A stretch of 64,000 nucleotides of DNA, from contig JAPDFW010000131.1 of assembly GCA_028826165.1 (NCBI GenBank), positions 1-64,000 on the forward strand, read 5' to 3'. This document shows positions 30,688 to 43,619 of this stretch, in pieces; within the stretch, counting starts at the first letter, position 1; each line of letters begins with the position of its first letter. Under the pieces are notes generated by a model. That model saw only the letters and a program-made list of their open reading frames with translations, had not been told where the DNA came from and ran no database searches. The position numbers and the translations under genes were made by a program. This stretch comes from Anaeramoeba ignava BMAN (lineage: Eukaryota > Protista > Anaeramoebae).

Positions 30688-33600
30688 TTATTTTCTTTTT
30701 TTCACTCGATGATCTGTTTTTCCTAAAAGTGATTCATTTAAATCATTTGAATTCCAATTTGAAGTAATATTTTCCATTTTAATTTTCCCATAAATTGATG
30801 ATTTTTGAGTTTCATTATCACTTTCAAGATATTTTTCAGCAAAATATTTTCCTCTATAAGAATTACGTTTAATTGCTTCAGCATGATGAGGTTCAAGACA
30901 AAGATTTTTTCTAGTAATCATTCCAACAACTTTGAAAGTTGAATCAATAATAACAAGATGTCTTAATCCCATTGTTCTTTTTTTTTTTAAAAAAAGGAAT
31001 TAATTTTCAATTTAAATTTTTAAATTAATTTTTTATCCGATTTTAATTTTAATTTTAATTTTTATATTAATTTTAATTTTAATTTTTATATTAATTTTTA
31101 AATTAATATAAATTTTTAAATTAATTTCAATTTTCAAATTAATTTTTAAATTAATTTTTTATCCGATTTTAATTTTAATTTTTATATTAATTTTTAAATT
31201 GATTTTAATTTTTAATTTAATTTTAATTTTAATTTTTAAATTAATTGTAATTTTGTTTAAACAAACCGAAATAAATCAAAAACTCGTTGAAGAGGTGTGT
31301 CTTCAAGTAAAAAATAAGGACAAGTATTTATATAAGGCTTTAAATCAACAATCTTATTATAATCACCTTCATCAAGTTCAATTTCCTCAATTGTGGTATA
31401 TCTAGGATAATCATCCATAAACTTTTCATTTTCAAGAATATCTTTATCATTAAAAGAGCGATTAAAATTATGATTCAATTTAAGATTTTCATCATGAGAA
31501 TTAGAACTTGAATCAATATTCTCAGTTTCGGAGTTAGAAAAACTAGTAACTCCAACACGAACTTGCTGTTTCTGCAAGGAAAATTTATGCTTCAAGATAA
31601 CAATCAAATGATTGCGGAGAATGAGTCCGCGAAATTTCTGCTCCTGAGAGACAACAGGAAATCCATAATGGGAGCATGTTGTCAAAACCTGTTTGATTTC
31701 ACCAGGTGTTGTTGTTTCATGAAAATATTTCACTTCCTTCGACATCACATCCTTTGCCTTTAGCACGGCAATTTGGTCGATGCGAAGCGGATATTCCCAC
31801 TCCAAAAAAGGGATCTCGTTGATGTGAATATGCTCATCATAGAGACCGTGATTGAAAAGATCGCCAACTATCTTGGCAATCATAATTGTTAGCATAATGG
31901 GTAAACCGTAAGAAATATCATTTGTAGCCTCAAGCATAATGACTGTTAATGAGATGGTCATACGCATCACACCGCCAAGAAACGATGCAGATCCAATCAA
32001 TGCAAATACTTGCGGACTGATGCTTAGTTTTGGAAATAAATGCTGGCAAATCTCCCCAAATAATCGTCCGTAAGACGCACCACTCAAAATTGTAGGGATA
32101 AACAACCCGCTTGGTGCATAAATCCCGTATGTCCAGCATGACATCAGGAAATAAATGATCGAAAATAATGCCAATGTTGTGTAGGAATAATTCCCACTGA
32201 AATGAAATAAATTTTTGATTGATTGTTCTTGTGTGTCGAAAAAAATTGTTGCCATGTCGTTATAATATCCTTTCTTGCAATATATCAATTTTCTCTCTGA
32301 GTTTGTTTCCGCTGTATTGAGATAACATGTGTGTGTTGAGAAAGAGAGTGTAAATGACAATACAGAAGTTACAAGTCCAACCAAAATAACTTCAAGCCAG
32401 CGCGAAAATGATGTTTTCAAATATTTTCGACGCAATTCGGCAAGTTTGATATTCAAGAAATTATAAAATGCTCCAAGAAATCCTCCAATTAATCCAAGAA
32501 CTATAAAAAAAGGGAAAAGGTTGATATTGTATCCGCTTTTCTCTCCAATATCAAATGACCCAAAACTGATCAATCCGGGTCGTGATAATTGTCCCCATTT
32601 TGATTTGTCTTCTCCAGCTCCTGAGAGGAAAAAATTCAGTGAAAATGTTGAAAGCATTGATGCAAAAAATACTCTCCATGTTAATGGTGAACTCCAATGC
32701 GATGCACCTTCTTCCATTGCAAAGAGGACTCCTCCAATCGGTGCTCCGAATGCCGCAGAAACACCTTTTTTTTTTTTTAAATTTTCAAATTGATTTTAAA
32801 TTTTAATTTTGATTTTAATTTTGAATTTGATTTTAATTTTGATTTTTATTTTGAATTTTAAATTTGATTTTTAAATTTTAATTTTAATTTTGATTTTTAA
32901 TTTTAATTTTGATTTTAAATTTAATTTTGATTTTAATTTTGAATTTCAATTTGATTTTAATTTTAATTTTGATTTTAAATTTAATTTTGATTTTAAATTT
33001 GATTTTGATTTCAAATTTAATTTTGATTTTGAATTTGAATTTGAATTTGAATTTGATTTTGATTTTAAATTTTAATTTTCATTTTGATTTTAATTTTGAT
33101 TTTGATTTTAAATTTAATTTTGATTTTAATTTTGAATTTGATTTTAATTTTGATTTTGAATTTGATTTTAAATTTGATTTTAAATTTGATTTTGATTTTG
33201 ATTTTGATTTTAATTTTAATTTTGAATTTGATTTTGATTTTGATTTTGAATTTGAATTTAAATTTGATTTTGATTTTGATTTTATAAATGAATTTGATTT
33301 TGATTTTGATTTTGATTTTAAATTTGATTTTAATTTTTAATTTAAATTTGATTTGATTTTAATTTTGAATTTGAATTTGATTTTGAATTTGATTTTGAAT
33401 TTGATTTTGATTTTTAATTTAAATTTAATTTTCATTTTGATTTTAAATTTAAATTTGATTTTGATTTTGATTTTGATTTTGATTTTGAATTTAATTTTCA
33501 TTTTGATTTTAAATTTAAATTTAAATTTGAATTTTGATTTTGAATTTGATTTTAAATTTGAATTTGATTTTGATTTTGATTTTCATTTTAATTTTAAATT

Positions 33601-35504
33601 TGATTTCAAATTTCAGATGAAATAGATCAAATCATCATAAAAATAAATAACAAACCAGCAGCAGCACCACCAGCAACAAAATCCATTTTTTCTCTATCAT
33701 TTCTAAACAATCTCAAAATTTTCAAATCAGCATTCCAAGTAGAAGATTTTCCTTGAGTAATACCAGCAGCAATAACAGCACCTGAATGAATCATTGGACC
33801 TTCTTTTCCAACAAGAAGACCACCAGCAACAGAACAAAGCACACCAACAGCTTTTGAAAATAAAGTCTTAATACGAACCAGTCGAGGAATTTTTATTCCA
33901 TTTAAATAACATTTGATTTCTGAAATTCCACTTCCTCTTGCGACTGGTTCAAGATATGCAACTAAAAATCCTGATATTGCTACAAGAACTAAATTGATAG
34001 CTATATATACAAAAAGTGGTCTTATATAGCATCGTAAACTAGAACTTGTTTCACATCCAGATGGTATTGCTAATTCGGTCAAATTGAATTTCCATCCAGA
34101 TATTTTGTATACAAAAAAATCAATTAAAAATGCTACAAATCCTGTTAAAAATCCTATTAATGCTGCTAAAACCCATCGAAGAGAATGCAATAAAACTTGA
34201 CTCTTTTAAATTTTGAATTTGAATTTGAAATTGAAATTAAAATTAAAATTGAATTTGAATTTGAAATTGAAATTGAAATTGAAATTGAAATTGAAATTGA
34301 ATTTGAAATTGAATTTGAAATTGAAATTGAAATTGAAATATTTGAAATTGAAATTGATTTAGAAATTGAATTTGAAATTGAATTTGAAATTGAAATTGAA
34401 TTTAAAATTGAATTTGAAATTGAAATTGAATTTAAAATTGAAATTGAATTTAAAATTGAAATTGAAATTGAAATTGAAATTGAATTTAAAATTGAAATTG
34501 AAATTGAAATTGAATTTGAATTTAAAATTGAATTTGAAATTGAATTTGAAATTGAATTTGAAATTGAATTTGAAATTGAAATTGAAATTGAATTTGAATT
34601 TGAATTTTAAATTGAATTTGAAATTGAAATTGAAATTGAAATTGAATTTGAAATTGAATTTGAAATTGAATTTGAAATTGAATTTGAAATTGAATTTGAA
34701 ATTGATTTAGAAATTGAAATTGAAATTGAAATTGAATTTAAAATTGAAATTGAAATTGAATTTGAAATTGAATTTGAATTTAAAATTGAAATTGAATTTG
34801 AAATTGAAATTGAAATTGAAATTGAATTTGAAATTGAAATTGAAATTGAATTTGAAATTGAAATTGAAATTGAAATTGAATTTGAATTTAAAATTGAAAT
34901 TGAATTTGAAATTGAATTTAAAATTGAAATTAAAATTGAAATTGAAATTGAAATTGAATTTGAAATTGAAATTGAAATTGAAATTGAATTTGAATTTGAA
35001 TTTAAAATTGAAATTAAAATTGAAATTGAAATTGAAATTGAAATTGAAATTGAATTTGATTTAGAAATTGAATTTAAAATTGAAATTGAAATTGATTTAG
35101 AAATTGAATTTGAAATTAAAATTGAAATTGAAATTGAAATTGAAATTGAAATTGATTCAGAAGGTCAAATGAAAAGTTGAATATAAATTTGAATTTGTAA
35201 GTTTTAAAAAAAAAATTTTTTTTAAAAAGAAAAAGAAAGAAAAAAGTTTTGATTAGTTTTTTTTTTTCAAATTTTTTATTTAATTTTATATTTAAATTAT
35301 TTATTACTCCTCTTGATAATTTTGATTGCCATTCAAGTACAACTGAACTTTCATAAGTATCATAATTTAAACTTTCAAATTTTTGGATAATTTCTGGATT
35401 AATTTCCTTTTATTTTAAAAAATCGAATTTTTTTTTTTTAATTTAAAATTATTTAAAATTAAAAAATTATAAATAAAAAAATTTGATTTTACTTTAACCA
35501 ACAT
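30688..35504 (-). CDS. CLC-6/7-type Cl-/H+ antiporter with CBS domains (5 exons)
   Basis: Exons 35504-35493 (MLVK), 35406-35308 (FESLNYD), 34202-33656, 32764-31267, 30976-30688. Motifs GSGISE, GKEGP, GAPIGGVLFAMEE, PSGLFIP and two CBS domains. Confidence 0.93.
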
Positions 35505-35565
35505 TTGCAAAAAAAAAAGAACAAATGAAAACTAAAAAATGAAAAAATGAAAAAAATGAAAAATG

Positions 35566-35696
35566 AAAAAATGAAAAAATAAAAATTTTATTCCACTTTT
35601 ATTTTATTTGTTTATTTGTTTGTTTGAATTGAAATTAAAATTAAAATCTAAATTAGTTATTTTTATGTTTAGTTTTATGTTTATTTTTATTTAAAA
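35566..35696. repeat. Direct repeat, left copy
   Basis: AAAAAATGAAAAAATAAAAATTTTATTCCACTTTT…TTTGAATTGAAATTAAAA…TCTAAATTAGTTATTTTTATGTTT…TATTTAAAA matches 36251-36400 apart from slippage indels. Confidence 0.9.
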
Positions 35697-35859
35697 GAAT
35701 AAAAAAGGAGAAAAAAAATAAATTCTCCTTTATCCTTTTTGATCTATCCACTTTTAATTAAAATAAAAAGCAAAAAAATTTTATTTGAAATTATTTCATT
35801 TTTTTATTTACTTTTTTATTTACTTTTTTATTTACTTTTTTATTTACTTTTAAATTGAA

Positions 35860-36060
35860 ATGTCAGAAAAACCAAGAGTTACTCTTCACGGATTAGATGG
35901 AGAAACTGCAGAGTATTCAGTGAATGGGGATGGATACTTGAACCAATGGGGAGTGGATTGGCTTTGTGAGCATGGTTGGTTAAGTATTGAAGATGTTCCT
36001 GACGACGATAAGGTGAAAGTGTGGAGAGATGGTTCGCCAAGTTGATCTTTGGATAATTAA
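35860..36060 (+). CDS. Candidate novel 66-aa selenoprotein (Sec at TGA 36043-36045)
   Basis: MSEKPRVTLHGLDGETAEYSVNGDGYLNQWGVDWLCEHGWLSIEDVPDDDKVKVWRDGSPS-TGA-SLDN-TAA. The ORF is GC-richer than its flanks, has an upstream TTTCATTT at ~35794, and has a SECIS in the 3' UTR. Confidence 0.8.
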
Positions 36061-36080
36061 TTGTTCTTTTTTTAAAAAAA

Positions 36081-36166
36081 GATCTTTTTGAAGTTATTTA
36101 AATGATAAAACTCAACTAAACTGTTTTTCAGCTTTGAGTTTTTGAAAGAATTTCTTTAAAAAGATC
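36081..36166 (+). promoter_or_regulatory. SECIS element (eukaryotic type II)
   Basis: Helix 1 is GATCTTTTTGAAG (36081-93) paired with CTTTAAAAAGATC (36154-66). The core is A-TGAT (36102-06) with TGAA (36143-46). Helix 2 is AAAACTCAA paired with TTGAGTTTT. Unpaired AAA (36118-20) lies 11 nt from the core, followed by the mini-stem CTG-TTTTT-CAG. Confidence 0.88.
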
Positions 36167-36250
36167 ACAAAAACAACAAAAACAAAAAAAAGAACTTTAT
36201 TTGATTTCTATTTTTCCTCTTTTTTTTGATTTTTTTGCTTTTTTTGAAAT

Positions 36251-36400
36251 AAAAAATGAAAAAATAAAAATTTTATTCCACTTTTTATTTGTTTGTTTGT
36301 TTGAATTGAAATTAAAATCTAAATTAGTTATTTTTATGTTTATTTTTATGTTTATTTTTATGTTTATTTTTATTTATTCAAAATTTATTTTTATTTAAAA
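36251..36400. repeat. Direct repeat, right copy (3' flank of the GT61 gene)
   Basis: Matches 35566-35696. Confidence 0.9.
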
Positions 36401-36401
36401 T

Positions 36402-38890
36402 TTATTGTAAATCTTTGAAATGATAATCTTCATCCAAAGCTTTATTTAAAACCTTCTCAACTCTTTTCAAAGGAACCTTCAAATTTTTGCCTTTTGATTC
36501 AATAAAAACTCTCCAATATCGACAACCAGTAGTATGAGAAATCCAATAAATAATAGCATCAGTTTTTCGAGAAGATTTCGGGAAAAATTCAATAACATTT
36601 GGATGAGATAAACTGAATAAAACATTATAAAAAGCGCCACCATGCAATCCAATTACAATTTTAGCATTTGAAAAATATTCAACTAATTCTTTTAAATCAG
36701 TATGTTCTTTATGAGAAAAAATTTTCAAATCGTCTCCAAATCGTGCGGATAAATACGCCGTGATTTGCTTATCATTTACAACATTTCTTTCATTGTAAGT
36801 ATTTTTTCTTGGCAAATAAATAACATATTTTGGATTTGGATTTCGGAACTTTTCAAAATTCTCAGTTTCCAAAATAAATCTCAACAAAAAATTTTTGACT
36901 TCTGGAAGCTTTCTAGGATTTTCCCAGGGCAAGTTGCACGGAATAAACAAGTTATCGGCTTTGTAGGAATGAATATTATCGACAAACTCGACCGTAACAT
37001 TAAAGTCTGTTTTAACAAATTGCCAAAATTGATAGAGAACAGGGTCTCTTGGTCTCAAACCGACAATGGTCCAACCTTGATCCTTTATGAAGGGTCTAAT
37101 CTGAACTAACAAACAAGCAGTACGATCGATCCAGTGCTGGAACTGCGCGCCCCATTCTGTATTTACTAAGACAACTTTGTCAAAGTGTCTTGGCTTGTGC
37201 AAAATCGGGTTTTCCAAGTTATGAATCGTTGTATTTGGACGACAAATAGGGACGTCCCTAAATTTCCTATTTTGAACAACCGTCAAGTTCCCGTACATGA
37301 TGTCTGTGTAGTTGAAATACGCTTTTCTTGTTTTCTTGTCGATCACTTGATTATAACGGGGTTTTTCTAGTTTGATAAAGAGATCAAATGATTCTTCATC
37401 TATAAAATGTGGTGCTTCTAATGTAAATGGTTCATATTTGATTTGATAGTCGATTTGATGTTCGGATACTATTTTTTTCGTTATTGGTAATTGTTTTCCA
37501 TATCCTGGATCATCGATGTATTTTAGATCTTCTTCTGTTTGAAATAAATATGGATTTTCATATTCCTCAAAAAGAGTGTCGAATTGAAAATCGACTGATC
37601 TATTATTTGTAGAACCTTTTTTGGAATTAATTTTAATTTTTAAATTTGATTTTATAAATGAATTTTGATTTTAATTTTGATTTTGATTTTGGATTTGATT
37701 TTATAAATGAATTTTAATTTTGATTTTGATTTTGATTTTGATTTTAATTTTGATTTTAATTTTATAAATGAATTTTAATTTTGATTTTAAATATAATTTT
37801 GATTTTGATTTTATAAATGAATTTTAATTTTGATTTAAATTTTGATTTTCATTTTAATTTTCATTTTCATTTTCATTTAAATTTTGATTTTGATTTTGAT
37901 TTTATAAATGAATTTTAATTTTATAAATGAATTTTGATTTTGATTTTAATTTTAATTTTAATTTTGATTTTGATTTTGATTTTGATTTTGATTTTAATTT
38001 TGATTTTGATTTTAAATATAATTTTGATTTTGATTTTATAAATGAATTTTAATTTTGATTTAAATTTTGATTTTCATTTTAATTTTCATTTTCATTTTCA
38101 TTTAAATTTTGATTTTGATTTTGATTTTAAATATAATTTTGATTTTGATTTTGATTTTAATTTTAATTTTGATTTTGATTTTCATTTTGATTTAAATTTT
38201 GATTTTGGTTTTAATTTTAATTTTAATTTTAATTTTAATTTTAATTTTAATTTTAATTTTAATTTTAATTTTAATTTTAATTTTAATTTTAATTTTAATT
38301 TTAATTTTAATTTTAATTTTAATTTTAATTTTCATTTTAATTTTGATTTTAAATTTTAATTTTAATTTTCATTTTCATTTTAAATTTAATTTTAATTTTC
38401 ATTTTAATTTTGATTTTGATTTTGATTTTCATTTTAATTTTGATTTTCATTTTAACTTTGATTTTGATTTTAATTTTAATTTTGATTTTGATTTTAAATA
38501 TAAATTTGATTTTCATTTTGATTTTAATTTTAATTTTGATTTTAATTTTGATTTTGATTTTGATTTTCATTTTAATTTTAATTTTAATTTTAAATTTGAT
38601 TTTAATTTTAATTTTAATTTTCATTTTAATTTTGATTTTAATTTTAATTTTGATTTTAATTTTAATTTTAATTTTGATTTTGATTTTGATTTTAATTTTA
38701 ATTTTAATATTAAATTTTCATTTTCATTTTAATATTAAATTTTACTTAAAAAAGGGAAAGAAGAATGCGTTAAATAGTGTAAAAATAAAAATATTAAAAA
38801 AATTATAATTGAATATAATTTCGCATCAACACTTTCAAATTTCTTTAAAATTGATTGAATAAAAATAAAAAAACGTATTTTAAAACTCAT
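36402..38890 (-). CDS. Glycosyltransferase family 61 (DUF563)-like type II membrane protein (2 exons)
   Basis: Exons 38890-38746 (MSFKIRFF…, TM helix) and 37615-36402. Motifs FQHW, YLPR…RNVVN, FSNAKIVIGLHGGAFYNVLF and VIEFFP. Confidence 0.85.
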
Positions 38891-39163
38891 CAAAAAATAT
38901 GATTTTGTGTTGTTGGAATGATATAAATAATAATATAAATAATAAAAAGTAAAAAAGAAAAAATGAAAAAATGAAAAATGAAAAAAATGAAAAATGAAAA
39001 AATTTTTTTTTAAATGATTAATTTTTTTTTTTTGTTAGATTTTAGAAAGTATTGTTCCACTTTTAAATAAAGAAAAATGATTTGAAGATTTTTTATTTTT
39101 GATTTTTATTTTGAAAAATGTTTCTATTGGAAAAGAAGAAGAAGAAGAAAGAAAAAATTGGTT

Positions 39164-42100
39164 TTAGTTAATTCTGTTAGTAAAAGGATAAATAAAAATG
39201 GAAGATTTTTTTGAAATTTCAGGAATTTCTTTAGATTTTCCATTGGGAAAATATTCCAAAGCACGAATCCAAGGAAATTGAACTAAACCAGGAAGAAGAG
39301 GAAGAAAATTGTAATTAATTGTTTGAATTGAACGAGGAAGAACATGAATTTGAGTTGAAGAAAAACCTGAGAAAAAAAAGGATCCTTTGTTTTCAATTTC
39401 AAAAGAAAAACGGCAAATATTTGATGAATTATTCTGAATCTCAATTTTGCAAGTTATTTCCTCTCCAATATATCCTTCATGTGGGATTTCAATTGAAACT
39501 GTCACTAATTTCTTCAAAATCACAACTTTTGGAATCGGAAAAAATATTGATGTTTCTAATAATTCTTGATTCCATTTCCCAGGAAATTGTCCTGTTTGAA
39601 AATCACTTTTTGGATCGTGAAAAATCAAATTTTTTCTTTTGAATTGAATCTCGACATTTCCGATTGGAATCAACGAATTAGTTTTTGCATTTTGCAAGGA
39701 ATTCAAACAGAATAAATTGGAAAATCGATGGCCTTTATGTATTAAATTTTGATCCAAATCATTTTCGATTGATTCTTGATTCCAAAGTGTGAAATCTTTT
39801 GATAAATTAACTGAAAATTTGGAAATTTCCATTTGAGTTGGCACTTCAATAGAGGTTGATGAAGAAAGGAAAAATTTATGGTTGTAAACTAACGAAGGAT
39901 GACCTTGTGATGTGTGCTCAAAGCTTGGAGAGAAGAATTGGAAATCTGTTTTGAAGGGAGTCTGGAACGAAAGGATAAAATCAATGAAAGTTGCTGTTTT
40001 ATAATTATTTTTTGTTTCATATTCCACTTTTAATTGAAAATTTTGTCTGACCTCTTCCTCGCTACGAAAGAATAAGATCTCCTTGTGCGTGCAATTAGGA
40101 GGTATTTCTGGAATATTGATTTTGGTTCCGTTGACGGATTCTTCAGGACTGTCTCGAAAAACTCTACACTTATCATACTTTCCTGTAGCAATAAGAATAT
40201 ATTCTCCACTTAATACATGATCTTCATGACTAGAAAATGAGAACTCAATTGGATAATATTCGTGTACCAAAGGTGGTGGATCAGATTTAATGCGAATCTT
40301 CATCCGTGGCTCTGGTCGAATTACATATACAGTTGGTCGTTGTGGAAATGAAATTGGATCGAATTTTTCAAGTTGTGAAATTTCAAGTGGATTCCAATGG
40401 AATTTAATAGAGCTTATATTTTCCTTTCCAACGCACAACACAACACCAGTACATTGTATTTGTTCGATTTTGCGCGCTTGGAGTTCGAATGTCAGAATTT
40501 TTGGGGTGTCTGGAAGAAGAATAAGTGTTTCTCCTTCGTTTTCATTATCGATATCTTGATATTCAAGTGAGAAATTATGTGTTTGTTCGTTGAAAAAGAA
40601 TTCTAGCTTAGATATTGAAAGAAGTTTTGGAAAGTGTGAACAGAAGTAACTTTTAAGAATAATTTTCTGATTTTGGAAAATTGTTGATTTTGTAAAATGA
40701 ATTCGTAAATCAATTAAATTGAAAAAAGGATCACTTGTTGAAATAACAATAACTTCAGAAGGATTAAGGGGTTCTATATTGAATTTAAAGGAGTTTAATT
40801 TTAAATTGAATTTTAATCTTTTGGATTCTAAATTAAATTTAAATTTCAAAATGAATTTTAATTTTAATTGAATTTTAAAATGAGTTTAATATTGAATTTT
40901 AATTTTAAATTGAATTTTAATTTCATATTGAATTGAATTTAATTTTAAAATGAGTTTAATATTGAATTGAATTTAATTTTAATTTGAATTTTATATTGAA
41001 TTGAATTGAATTGAATTTTTTACTTCAATAGAAGAAATAAACTTTTGAAAATATAAATTCCTCTTTGTAGATTTTAAATTAAGCTCAGGTGATAAAATTG
41101 TAAGAAGAGAAATTAGAAAAAGTTGCTTATCATTGGTTTTAATTCCACATTCCATCAATAAATCAAGAGGATGTAACAACAAACAAGACCATTTTTCCTT
41201 TCGAATTTTATTTGGAATATTTTTCAATTTGGAAACAACTTCAGCGAATAAATTTTGTTCAAAAAGTTGATCCGCAATTTTCATTTCAAAAGTAAGAAGT
41301 AATTTATCGGAATGTGGAGTTTGACGGGAATAGAAATCAAACGCTCTTTCAAATAATTGAATGATTTCAGAAGATTGAGGAATATTTTCTTCAGCGATTA
41401 ATTCTTGCAATAAATTAAACTCATTATTTGATTGTCCAATAAAATTAATACTTGGCAAATCAAATAACTTTGAATAATAAGTTTTGTATGAATTTTGACT
41501 TTTTGGAATTTTGTCAATTTCTTGTTGATAAATTTCAATCAGCCTTTTGACAAGATTATATCTTTTAAGGGCATATTCACCAGCTAGAGAGTAATAAAAT
41601 CCAATATTATGCCATGGGTTTAATTGGGGAGATAAATTTCGGTTATCAAATTTCTCAAGAAGTTTTGCAATCGCTGAATATTGATGAGAAATACTTGAAT
41701 AATCAATGAAAATTGTATCTTGTGATTCAGGTTGAAATTTGATGAAGAATTGAATGTGTTTTCTGAATTCATCAAGTCCTTCAATAACGTTATTTGAAGA
41801 GAAAAATAATTTTATCATTTTGATCATAAGAATTTCAAGTAAAATTTTAATTTCATAAAAATTTTGTTTATTGGGTGTAATTTCCTTGATTTCTTGATAT
41901 GCTTTTTTGTAATATTTAATTGCATTTTTGGTTTCTGATCTGCATTCGCTATAAAACCCACATTTGAATTGATGTCTTGCTATTAATTTTGCTTGTGTTT
42001 TTTTATTGAGATTGTCTTGATATTTTTTGATATTTCGTATTTCTTCTTTATAAAGTCTTGCAGCAAAATTATGAATTGTATATTCTACTCTTTTGAGGTT

Positions 42101-43117
42101 TTGTTCAGATTCGTTTGATGAGTAAATGAGAATGGATCCTTTTTTGGCTTCTAATTCTCCTTTTCTTTTTAATGAGATGATTTTTTCTTCCAAAATTTCA
42201 TCTTTTTCAAATAATTCATTTTAGAATTAAATTGAAATTAAAATTTAAATTAATATTAAATTAAATTAAAATTAAAATTAAAATTAAATTCAAATTAAAT
42301 TCAAATTAAATTGAAATTAAAATTAAATTGAAATCAAAATTAAAATTAAAATTAAATTAAATTAAATTAAATTTAAAATTAAATTAAATTTAAAATTAAA
42401 ATTAAATTAAAATTGAATTGAAATTAATATTAAAATTAAAATTAAAATTAAATTAAAATTAAAATTAAATTCAAATTAATATTAAAATTAAATTCAAATT
42501 AAATTCAAATTAAATTGAAATTAAATCAAAATTAAATTGAAATTAAAATGAAATTAAAATTAAAATTAAAATTAAAATTAAATATGAAATTAAATTAAAA
42601 TTAAAATTTAAATTAAAATTAAAATTAAATTAATATTAAAATTAAATTGAAATTAAAATTAAATTTAAATTAAATTGAAATTAAATTAAAATTAAATTCA
42701 TAATAAAATTATTCAAATTTTTAATATACTCGCAATAGTGTTATTACTGGGAATAACTAGCAATATTATAAATTTCATATTTCTTAATTTAGAACTCTCA
42801 TTTAAATGATGAATTTGATCAACTATTTCTTTTTCTTTTGATTGCCATTCATTTAAATCTAAAATATAACAAGAAACAGTAACAACTGGATAAGTATAAA
42901 AATGTTTAATAAGCCAATCTGCCTTGAGAATTCCTTCAGGAATATAATTTTCTCTTGATATATTTGTTTTTCTTTTGTGTGCTTTCATTTGAGTAAAAGA
43001 AACAAAATGAAATTTTTTTGCAAAATTTTTTTGAATCAAATTTTGAGTTTCTTGATCTCCTGATAATCCAACTAAAGGAATTGGTTTTGCTAATATTTCT
43101 GTTGGATAATAAAACAT
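39164..43117 (-). CDS. TRAPPC11: TRAPP III subunit 11 (foie gras/gryzun), 3 exons
   Basis: Exons 43117-42730, 42201-41024, ~40773-39164. PEGILKADWLIKH, ARHQFKCGFYSE and a C-terminal FLPLLPGLVQFP Ig-like domain. The last junction is off by one base. Confidence 0.88.
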
Positions 43118-43255
43118 CTCGAAAAGAAAAAAAATATTTTTATAAAATTTAAAAGAATCAAAAAAATGAAAAAAAAAAGGAATAAAAATGATTTTTAATT
43201 TTTTAAAAAAAAAATTTTGAAAAGAAAAAATTAATAAAAAAAAAATATTTATTAA

Positions 43256-43579
43256 TTAAATAGTCCATTTATTTCCACAATGAAGACAAGAACAAAAAGT
43301 TGTCATTGGTTCATCTGCTGAACGGATTTGAAGCTCGTAAAAATTAGCTTCGTATTTACCGCATTTTGGGCATTGCAAAGTTGTTGTTTTCTGACCTTGA
43401 TTTGCATTTGTTTCAACAAAAGTCACTTTATTTATTTTAGTTTTTAAATCAATAGGAAATATTCTTTCTTGAGTTATATTATATCTATATGGACATGTTT
43501 GACAAACTAATGTTAATCTTCCTGATTCACTTCCTCCTGAAAATAAAAGTAAATTTCCACAATAAGGACAAAATTGCAT
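43256..43579 (-). CDS. POLR3K: RNA polymerase III subunit C11
   Basis: MQFCPYCGNLL, CQTCPY, CPKC and QIRSADEPMTTFCSCLHCGNKW zinc ribbons. Confidence 0.93.
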   Translation of the reverse strand: MQFCPYCGNLLLFSGGSESGRLTLVCQTCPYRYNITQERIFPIDLKTKINKVTFVETNANQGQKTTTLQCPKCGKYEANFYELQIRSADEPMTTFCSCLHCGNKWTI

Positions 43580-43619
43580 GAATAAATTTATTTAATTTGA
43601 AAAAAAATGAAATTCAAAA

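Noticed and set aside
35150-35210. snoRNA or hidden exon in CLC intron 2
   Set aside because: There is a CTGA but no box C or terminal stem, and no supporting reading frame.
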